This document shows positions 25,001-31,114 of a stretch of DNA of 52,692 bases, piece by piece. The translations under genes were made by a program, and so were the position numbers. Numbering within the stretch: position 1 is the first letter of the stretch; each line of letters starts with the position of its first letter. Under the pieces are notes generated by a model, which saw nothing but the letters and a program-made list of their open reading frames with translations, did not search any database and was not told the origin of the DNA. Source of the stretch: Bacteroidales bacterium UBA1722 (lineage in GTDB: Bacteria; Bacteroidota; Bacteroidia; Bacteroidales; UBA932); NCBI GenBank assembly GCA_002317435.1, contig DCIQ01000194.1, forward strand, positions 1 to 52,692. Reading direction: 5' to 3'.

Positions 25001-26492
25001 CCCGAAGGGGAAGACGGAGGAAGACTTCTGTCAGATATTCTCAGAGGTGACGGGTGTCGAAAAAGTGAGTGCCGAGGATGATTTCTTCGAGATCGGCGGC
25101 AGTTCCATTCTGGCTCTGAAGGTCGTTCTTGCCGCAGGAAAGAAGGGATACGGTATCGTGTATAATAACGTGTTCTCCTACACGACTCCAAAGGCGATGG
25201 CGCAGTTCGTGACAGGAAAAAGCGACGATGAAGACTCCGAATCCCCGACATGTCCCGAAACTCCCGGGACCGTCAGAGAAGTGGATGAAGACGGCTATGA
25301 CTATAAGGATGTTAATGCTTTGCTGCGCGGAAATACTATGGAGGCCTTCATGAACGGAGGAAGACAGCCTCTCGGTGATGTCCTTCTGACAGGCGGGACA
25401 GGCTTCCTCGGTGTACATGTACTGCATGATCTCATTGAAAATTATGACAACAGGATTTATTGTCTGGTCCGCGGCGGTAAGGATAAGAGTGCGCAGGCAC
25501 GTCTTGAAGAGTATCTGACCTTCTATTTCGGCAAGTCATACGCCGAATTGACAGGCGGTCGCATTGTGGTCATCGAGGGTGATGCGACAGACCCGGCGAC
25601 CTTTGACAAGGTCATGGAAACGATGGGCGACCATTCCGGAGACTGCACCTGTATAAACTGCGCCGCCTGTGTGAAGCACTTCGCCAAGGGTAACGAGATC
25701 GAGCAGATAAACGTCGGCTCGGTACGCAACATAGTGGATTGGTGTATCCGGACCGGTAACAGACTTGTTCATGTCTCTACGGAGAGCGTGTTCGGCAAGA
25801 ATGATTTCTCGACGTTACCACGCGACTTCCGATATGACGAGCACATACTCTACGGAGGTCAGCAGTTCAGGTACAACCAGTACACGATGTCCAAGTTCGA
25901 GGCTGAAGTGCTCATCTATGAGGCGATTCTTCAGCATGGACTGAATGCCAAGGTTATGCGTGTCGGAAATCTTGCACCGAGATTTGAGGATGGAGGTTTC
26001 CAGATAAATGCCGAAAGCAACAATATGATGAACCTGTTCAAGGCATATATTGCACTGGGCAAGATTCCGTTCAGCGCTATGGATGCCAAACTCGAGTTCT
26101 CGCCGATAAATTATGTCGCACATGCGATATTGCTGCTTGCCGAAACTCCCCGGGAGTGTGTCTGCTTTATGCCGAGCAACCACCACGTCTCACTTCAGGG
26201 CGATATCGTGACGGATATCGCCGGGACACTTCGAAAACCTCTGGAACTGGTGGAGGCCGATGTCTTCGCGAAGGCGGTGCAGGAAGCTCTCGCCTCACCG
26301 GAACTGGTTGACAGCATGCGCCCGTTTATGGCTTATCAGAGCGGCGAATCGAACAGCAGGATGAGAAGTGCAGGTCCCGGAGATTTCTCGAATGCCTTCA
26401 CCATTCAGGTCCTTTACCGTCTCGGCTTCCGTTGGCCGGTGACAGGTACCGGATATGTCGCCCGATTTACAAAGAATCTCTATGGCCTTTGA
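18999..26492 (+). CDS. Non-ribosomal peptide synthetase, two modules plus terminal reductase (C-A-T-C-A-T-R)
   Basis: C1 has HHIISDG (nt ~19371). A1 has YTSGSTGRPKG, NTYGPTE, GELYIGG, YKSGD, GRRDGQIKLHGLRIE, PNGKTD. T1 has AGLSSLSAIK. C2 has MHHLISDG (nt ~22530). A2 has YTSGSTGVPKG, NGYGPSE, GELWITG, YHSGD, GRKDGQVKVRGFRIE. T2 has FFEIGGSSILALK. R has LLTGGTGFLG (nt ~25383) and YTMSK. Confidence 0.95.
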   Translation: MIYPLSQTQMGIYVSSINAGSEGKYNNNFLYGIDDDVDTGRLAAAIDRVVAAHPALFARLTVDDDGDMAFEEHNDETFHTLEMNVGSLDEVRDRIGADFDLMNDRLFRVEIYHTGQGTFLYIDIHHIISDGMTFAHLIEEIGEVYDGGEPMKEKKTIFDLNLEEQAVRKSEAYMEAKQWYEEHFAAASGVDSLPRSDMQVNGPSAVGTSGIGILERTLNIDRDALGKLCGEAGVRESVFYTAAFAFLLSKFAGNGEVLFSTIYHGRPNREDRDAYGMMVKTMPVYLDMESRPAVADLLRCMSQQIRESRRHTCYSFAEICSDLDLKSDILFSYQDTLNTFPLKLDGKLQQDMHIPMPRPGMVFNVMLLQTADGPVIEFKYRKDMFSRALIQDMTLSYEKILSEFLLHEKLCEISIVSPEQQKILDTFHNTAAADVPYKRFYEPIEHFAEVAPDAAAIVACDRTLSYGELNGEANRVAHSLMSRGVKHGDRVILLLPRTSRVICCMFGVSKAGAAYIPCDPAYPAERINLILEDSGAKYIITTDDHLAEHGDKAILVDDLFDGGLPTVNPRLPSITPDDLVYLIYTSGSTGRPKGVMLRHEAICNYLYDHPANRHIHALMTEGVKSYLCLTTLSFDMSLKEFGVALHNGLTCVLANEEETENPLLLADLIRRTGVEALNATPSRLMGYMEIPEFEGAVNNCKVIMSGGEKYSATLLDKLHGIPGLRIFNTYGPTEITVSSNAAELTDTSFITIGRPLLNYHEWVVDACGNELPIGVTGELYIGGIGVAEGYNNLPEKTADAFVEYRGMRTYKSGDYARWTRDGHIEVLGRRDGQIKLHGLRIEIGEIESCINKYPGIRQCVVKVCHINNDDFLAAYFTAGEQIDTDKLKAEISNTLTHYMVPSAFMQLESFPLTPNGKTDVKNLPVPEMMPAVNVEKSSTGPVALNDLEKQLYDIVAGALKLPLIGDSEDAVPAFGVTDALSSAGLSSLSAIKVATLIYKRFGIQLKSRELMDGATLFSIENLILKRLLSASDSENHDAEETAPHPEKKRSETELPLSFTQQGVYTECQANPDAVQYNIPECIKVPDGITPEQLETAVRKVVAAHPYLFCHFVEGDNGDIVQKPSDSTSFRIPHIQCSAEGFEQEKKNFVRPFHLAEGPLFRFETVTVGGTLHLLTDMHHLISDGASVDLFMHQLCRALDGGEIEEEKYSYYDFVADQHISRETEDFFADRMARVENSSQLIPDVFEQNLPHTEGTVSAPSDFAPVQAWASENGVTPAAVYLSAAYLCVSRYLCEDNVNLCTISNGRSNLQVADTMGMFVNTLVLQSYVDHQVSCLDFVRTCARDFALTIENENYPFAKIAAKYGYQPNIAFAYQVGVLGDYRTKAGELEIRSLSLEVAKIGVNITVRGEDATGYRIKVDYDEALYSRYMMQQLAVSMENAVRGIISREKLGDVSITDEEQWSVLDKFNAPLDFGYDRDDTVVTKFKRVARQYPDQKALVYMDKSYTYGELDKFTDRLAVKIRERMLPYIQEVERLQVEQDGTKLTDVVVSILIHRNEWMLLASLAVLKAGCGYQPLDPSYPQDRLNFMAKDAGARLLIVDEDLRDLLNEYDGDVLLTGDIADLIADTPEGSVDFSRKNGLVTLLYTSGSTGVPKGCMLEHRNLVAFGHATRTTLDISTDSRIAAYASFGFDVNMMDMYCSIMNGGTMYIIPEDMRMNLDVLHDYIEDEGITQIFMTTQVGVQYLENYPESKSLRRLAMGGEKLRAVDPGKLSYKIYNGYGPSEMTCGVSMFTIENWEPNIPIGRPMPTLQGYVVDKTGHRLPVGAAGELWITGPQVARGYLNRADKTAEAFSGNPFIDHARTAVDSERQLCSRIYHSGDIVRYRENGDIEFVGRKDGQVKVRGFRIELKEVETVIREFQGVKDVTVQAYDYEDGGKYIAAFVVSDTAVDTDALNAFIKSQKPPYMVPAVTMQIEKIPLNVNQKVDKKALPKPEAKKAEYVAPKGKTEEDFCQIFSEVTGVEKVSAEDDFFEIGGSSILALKVVLAAGKKGYGIVYNNVFSYTTPKAMAQFVTGKSDDEDSESPTCPETPGTVREVDEDGYDYKDVNALLRGNTMEAFMNGGRQPLGDVLLTGGTGFLGVHVLHDLIENYDNRIYCLVRGGKDKSAQARLEEYLTFYFGKSYAELTGGRIVVIEGDATDPATFDKVMETMGDHSGDCTCINCAACVKHFAKGNEIEQINVGSVRNIVDWCIRTGNRLVHVSTESVFGKNDFSTLPRDFRYDEHILYGGQQFRYNQYTMSKFEAEVLIYEAILQHGLNAKVMRVGNLAPRFEDGGFQINAESNNMMNLFKAYIALGKIPFSAMDAKLEFSPINYVAHAILLLAETPRECVCFMPSNHHVSLQGDIVTDIAGTLRKPLELVEADVFAKAVQEALASPELVDSMRPFMAYQSGESNSRMRSAGPGDFSNAFTIQVLYRLGFRWPVTGTGYVARFTKNLYGL

Positions 26493-29376
26493 TTTTTCAA
26501 ACAAAATCGTCGGGGTTCTGGTCGAACGGACGCACGACATAGTGGATGCCGCTGAAGCGATAATCCGCGGTGGCGGCGTTTTCATGCCGATCGACAAAAG
26601 CTATCCTCAGGACCGTGTGGACTACATGATGCAGGATGCCGGGGCCGCTCTGCTTCTGACGACTGACATTCCGAAAGGAAACGGGTGTCTGGACTGGGGA
26701 GGCAAGGATATGGATGATGCGGCGATGATATTATATACTTCCGGAACTTCGGGACGGCCCAAGGGGGTGGTGCATACGCGGCGTTCCATCGAGGCGATGA
26801 TCGCTGCCACCCTGCAAGTCGCTCCCGTCAGGCCGGAGAGCCATGTCGCCATCGTCGCCGGTTTCACATTCATCGCATCTCAATTCCTGATTTTTACGGC
26901 ATTGAAACAAGGAGCCGCGATACATGTCGTCGATGATGCGACGAGACAGGATTTTGATTTGTTGTACGATTACATCAGGGAGCACAGCATAGACATAGTG
27001 TTCCTGCCTCCCGCCATAGCGACCGTCATGGCGGAGGAGTATGATATGCGGGGGATAACGATTCTGTCCGCGGGTGACAAGTTGCGCAACTTCAAATCCA
27101 AATATCCCTGTGTGATTTGCAATATGTACGGCAGCACGGAGGGTGTCATCGTCACTGCGGGGAAGATAACTGGAGACGAACCGAACATCTCCATCGGCAA
27201 ACCGTTGGATGGAATCGACGTGCGCATCGTTGACGAACAGTTGAACGATGTCCCCGAAGGTGAAGTCGGTGAACTGATATACAGCGGAGCCGTTCAGGCC
27301 AAAGAATACCTGAATCTTCCCGAACAGACCGCAGGCAAGTGGTTCACGGGTGAAGACGGCCGGCGCTGGTTCAGGATGGGCGACCGGGTGAACCGCCGGG
27401 ACGACGGTAATCTGTATTATGTGGGCCGTACCGACAATATGGTAAAGATACGCGGATTCCGCGTGGAGACGGGCGAGGTCGAACGACAGATTTCACGTGT
27501 GGTGCCATCCGTCGAGGTGGCCGTCGTAATGCGCACGGTGCATGGTATTGACCATCTGGTGTGTTTCTATGAGAACGACAGTGAGATTCAGACTGATGTG
27601 GTGAAGGAAGAAATCGCGAAATCGCTTGCCGAGTACATGATCCCCGATATATGGGTGCGTCTGGATCGCCTGCCCCGTAACGCCAACGGAAAGGTCGTGC
27701 GTAGGGAACTGCCTGTTCCGGCCTCGGGGGCGGACAAGCTCAGCATCGTATTCAACGAGGTCGAGATGCGTGTCGTGGAGGCTGCCAAACTTATTGTCGG
27801 AGACACCATATCGCTCGATGACAATTTCTTCGAATGCGGGGGAACATCCCTTGGCGCCATCAAACTGGCGACCCTGCTCAAGACCATGGGCATCCATATA
27901 ACCGGTTCGCAGATAATGCAGCTCAGGACACTGCGTTTGGTAGCCAAGGAGGCGAAGGCTGATTATGAACGCCTTTGGACCTCTGAACAGTACCGTGAAA
28001 TATGCGACAGTTTCGCGGCGAGAGGCGAAAAAATCCGGAAGGTCCTGCCTCTTTCTACGGAACAGGAAGACATACTCATCCGCTATCTGATGCATCCTGA
28101 TGCCACCGCTTACCGGAATGTATTTCTGCTCAAGCTGGACAGCCGTGTCGATAAGGATATTCTGCGCAGTGTCATAAATGAAGTCTCCGACAGGTATGAA
28201 GTTCTCCGTTCTGCGATCGTCATTCACCACAAGGCGCCCTTTCAGCAGATAATCACAGACAGGTGTGTGCCCCTGGATATTTATGATGATATCGCTGACA
28301 CGGACATAAGTTATGTGAAGAGCCTTTACAGGCGATATATGCACACTCCTTATGATCCGGAAATATCGTCCCTGATGCGTTTCGGTTACGTTCCTCTCTC
28401 CGACGGCACTTCGTTTCTGCTGCTCCTTGTAAATAATGTCAGCGTGTCGATGAGCATAGCCCGCCGCACGATTCATGATGTTATGGACCGACTTTCCGGA
28501 CACTTCCCGGATGACCTGTCGATAACCGGGTGGCGTGATCTGGCGGCACTTGCATTGAGCAGTGAAAGTCAGAATGTGACGGGGGGTGCTGACGTCGAAA
28601 TAAAAAAGCCTGTTGACAACGGATTGATAAGGGTCTATTCTCCGTTGAAGGAGGGTAAACCCCCGGTGACGTTTGTCCATACCGGAAATACCGGGAGTGA
28701 TGCGTACTATCGTCTTGCCGACAGGATAGGAGAGAATTGTGCGTTTTCTGTCATTGAACCATATAATCTGTTCCATCAGGATGACATACGGCATGGTATC
28801 GGGAATATCGCACGGAAATATGTGGAAATCCTCCGTGATTATCAGCCGGAGGGTCCTTACATACTTGGGGGATGGTGCTATGGAGGTGTTGTCGCACACG
28901 AGATGGCCTGCCAGCTCCAAGCGATGGGGGAGGAGGTCCGCCATCTGATAATGTTTGACTCCCACGCGCTGACGGACGACAATCTGACATCTATGGCGAG
29001 GGATATGCAGGGAACCGTCGACCGTGAATATTTCGAGACTTGCCCGCTCTTCGAAGATCTTCGCGGACAGGGACTTCTGGAGGCGATGATCAATAACTGC
29101 GCACAGGTCTGCCATGACCTCCTGCATCACACTCCTTCCATGTTCCATGGAGCCACGACATATTTCAAACCCCTCCGTACACCTGTGGCAGCTACGGGCA
29201 ACGCTCTTGAATATTGGAAGAGGATGATGGAATTCGATGCCGGAAATTACGAGAATTTCTGTGATCGGAATCAGTTGCGTATTATCAATACCCCTCATGA
29301 GCACGATCTTATGATGGACGATGAATCGCTGGCCGTCACGGTACCGGCCATCAACGGAATACTTGGTCATCATTAA
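26482..29376 (+). CDS. Non-ribosomal peptide synthetase, A-T-(degenerate C fragment)-TE
   Basis: The A domain starts near core A2 (no LTYxEL region). It has ILYTSGTSGRPKG, NMYGSTE, FRMGD, GRTDNMVKIRGFRVE, NANGKV. T has FFECGGTSLGAIK. A ~190-aa C-domain N-lobe follows, with VNNVSVS in place of HHxxxDG. The alpha/beta-hydrolase TE has GGWCYGG. The ATG at 26482 overlaps the upstream stop (ATGGCCTTTGA); an alternative ATG lies at 26455. Confidence 0.9.
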   Translation: MAFDFSNKIVGVLVERTHDIVDAAEAIIRGGGVFMPIDKSYPQDRVDYMMQDAGAALLLTTDIPKGNGCLDWGGKDMDDAAMILYTSGTSGRPKGVVHTRRSIEAMIAATLQVAPVRPESHVAIVAGFTFIASQFLIFTALKQGAAIHVVDDATRQDFDLLYDYIREHSIDIVFLPPAIATVMAEEYDMRGITILSAGDKLRNFKSKYPCVICNMYGSTEGVIVTAGKITGDEPNISIGKPLDGIDVRIVDEQLNDVPEGEVGELIYSGAVQAKEYLNLPEQTAGKWFTGEDGRRWFRMGDRVNRRDDGNLYYVGRTDNMVKIRGFRVETGEVERQISRVVPSVEVAVVMRTVHGIDHLVCFYENDSEIQTDVVKEEIAKSLAEYMIPDIWVRLDRLPRNANGKVVRRELPVPASGADKLSIVFNEVEMRVVEAAKLIVGDTISLDDNFFECGGTSLGAIKLATLLKTMGIHITGSQIMQLRTLRLVAKEAKADYERLWTSEQYREICDSFAARGEKIRKVLPLSTEQEDILIRYLMHPDATAYRNVFLLKLDSRVDKDILRSVINEVSDRYEVLRSAIVIHHKAPFQQIITDRCVPLDIYDDIADTDISYVKSLYRRYMHTPYDPEISSLMRFGYVPLSDGTSFLLLLVNNVSVSMSIARRTIHDVMDRLSGHFPDDLSITGWRDLAALALSSESQNVTGGADVEIKKPVDNGLIRVYSPLKEGKPPVTFVHTGNTGSDAYYRLADRIGENCAFSVIEPYNLFHQDDIRHGIGNIARKYVEILRDYQPEGPYILGGWCYGGVVAHEMACQLQAMGEEVRHLIMFDSHALTDDNLTSMARDMQGTVDREYFETCPLFEDLRGQGLLEAMINNCAQVCHDLLHHTPSMFHGATTYFKPLRTPVAATGNALEYWKRMMEFDAGNYENFCDRNQLRIINTPHEHDLMMDDESLAVTVPAINGILGHH

Positions 29377-31114
29377 TGGAAATCAGAAGGTGAAACGGAA
29401 AGTTTTTTTGATCAACAAGGCATTCAACAAATACCTGTGGGCTTCCATTCTGGGAGTGGCAGCCTCGCAGATCGCGAATATCGTCGATGCGTCGCTGGTG
29501 GGAAACATCATCGGGGCCGACGGGCTGGCGGCTGTCGTAATCAGCAAGCCGGTTCTTCAGGCCATTTTCGCCATCTCCTGTTTTTATGCCGTGAGCTGCA
29601 GCATGATCGCCGGTATGGCTTTGGGTAATGGCGAAAAGGCCGCCGCCGACTCACAGTTCTCATTCTCCATGGCGGCAAGTCTGGTATTGGGAATAGTGAT
29701 TTCCGCCGGGGGGCTGATTTTCATCGAACCCCTGATGGACCTGTTCTGCAGATCACAGGAGCTTCGTCCCATGGCCAAATCATTTATGACGGTGACCATA
29801 CTGTCGGCCCTTCCCCAGCTGTTCATGTACACACTGCACCGGTTTGTCACTACGGACGGCTCACCGAAACTGATTTCCAAGGCTGTAATCGTGGGAAACC
29901 TGGTCAACGTCGTTCTGGATGTCGTCTTTATGAAATATCTGAACATGGGCATAGCCGGCGCCGCATGGGCTACGTTCATCATGTATATAGTGTGTTGTGT
30001 CATGGTGATTCCGCATTTCCGTAAGAAGGATACGCTTCGTCTGGCATTCGGACGATGTCGGAAACTTATCTCCGTCAGACAGATACTGACCTTGGGAACA
30101 CCGATTTTCCTCTCTACCGTGCTCCTTTCCGTGCAGTACACGTGCTACAATGGCATCGCCGTCACATATCTGGGCAAATCCGGGCTCATCGCCCTGGCGG
30201 TTTGTCTGCAGCTGTTCAGTTTCTCCATGATTATCCTCACCGGAACTTTGCAAGCCATTCAGCCTGTAGGCGCCATACTCAAAGGTATCAATGACTCGAA
30301 GGGGATAATCATGCTTTTGGGAAAAGCTTATAAGTTTCTGGCGGTCTGTCTGGCGGTCTATTCACTGCTGATTGTTATCTTCCCTGTGGAGATATCCGGT
30401 TTCCTGGGGGTGAAAGATGGAAGTGCGCTCCCGACCGTCATGGCGGCTTTGCCTGCTTTCTCTCTGAATATCGTGATGCAGGCGCTGCTCTACAACCTGA
30501 TGCCTGTCTATCAGTTCTACAATCATCACCGCATGGCACTGTTTCTGTCCGTAGGTCAGACATTGCTGCCGATTGCCGGTTTCTGGGCACTGGCGCATTT
30601 TCAGACGTTCAACCCGTGGTATGGTTTTTTTCTCGGTCAGTCAGTGACAGCCATTGTCCTTTTGGTGTCATCACTGTTCATCAGCAGGAAGGAAAATTCG
30701 ATTCCTGTGTTCCTGGTTCCCCGCGGAAATGGATTCCCGTCGCTGGAGATGTCGTTCGGCTACTCCGAAGAAGCGATGCATAAGGCATTTGACGAGATGA
30801 GCGGGTGGCTTGGGCAGCAGAATCTTTCGAAGAGCATAATCTTCAAGGTCCGTATTCTGGCAGAGGAACTGATGTCCAATATAATCCGTCACAGCGGACA
30901 GAAAGACAAGAATGCGTTCGCCGACGTGCGTCTGTTTATGCAGGAGGATGCAGTCATATTCGCCCTCACGGATGACGGCAAACCGTTCAATCCCATTGAA
31001 AACAAGGACAAGGGGTATGGCCTGATGATAGCCAACGGAGTCGCAAGTGACATTTCATACAAATATCAATTCGGCCAAAATATGACCAATGTAATCATAA
31101 ATACAGAAGCGTGA
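29321..31114 (+). CDS. MATE family efflux transporter fused to a C-terminal RsbW/SpoIIAB-like GHKL (HATPase_c_2-type) domain
   Basis: ~440 aa with 12 hydrophobic segments and MATE-like repeats (IVDASLVGNIIGADGLAAV). The C-terminal ~130 aa carries N-box AEELMSNIIRH, LTDDGKPFNP and KGYGLMIANG. The start is uncertain: the ATG at 29321 overlaps the upstream gene by 56 nt, while the in-frame GTG at 29390 (VKRKVFLINK) lies 14 nt after the upstream stop and may be the true start. Confidence 0.8.
   Translation: MNRWPSRYRPSTEYLVIINGNQKVKRKVFLINKAFNKYLWASILGVAASQIANIVDASLVGNIIGADGLAAVVISKPVLQAIFAISCFYAVSCSMIAGMALGNGEKAAADSQFSFSMAASLVLGIVISAGGLIFIEPLMDLFCRSQELRPMAKSFMTVTILSALPQLFMYTLHRFVTTDGSPKLISKAVIVGNLVNVVLDVVFMKYLNMGIAGAAWATFIMYIVCCVMVIPHFRKKDTLRLAFGRCRKLISVRQILTLGTPIFLSTVLLSVQYTCYNGIAVTYLGKSGLIALAVCLQLFSFSMIILTGTLQAIQPVGAILKGINDSKGIIMLLGKAYKFLAVCLAVYSLLIVIFPVEISGFLGVKDGSALPTVMAALPAFSLNIVMQALLYNLMPVYQFYNHHRMALFLSVGQTLLPIAGFWALAHFQTFNPWYGFFLGQSVTAIVLLVSSLFISRKENSIPVFLVPRGNGFPSLEMSFGYSEEAMHKAFDEMSGWLGQQNLSKSIIFKVRILAEELMSNIIRHSGQKDKNAFADVRLFMQEDAVIFALTDDGKPFNPIENKDKGYGLMIANGVASDISYKYQFGQNMTNVIINTEA

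Noticed and set aside
26455-26481. The upstream ATG at 26455 as the start of the second NRPS gene.
   Set aside because: It is possible, but it adds only 9 residues and a deeper overlap with the reductase domain. The ATG at 26482 gives the compact ATGGCCTTTGA start/stop overlap. The choice is not resolvable from sequence alone.
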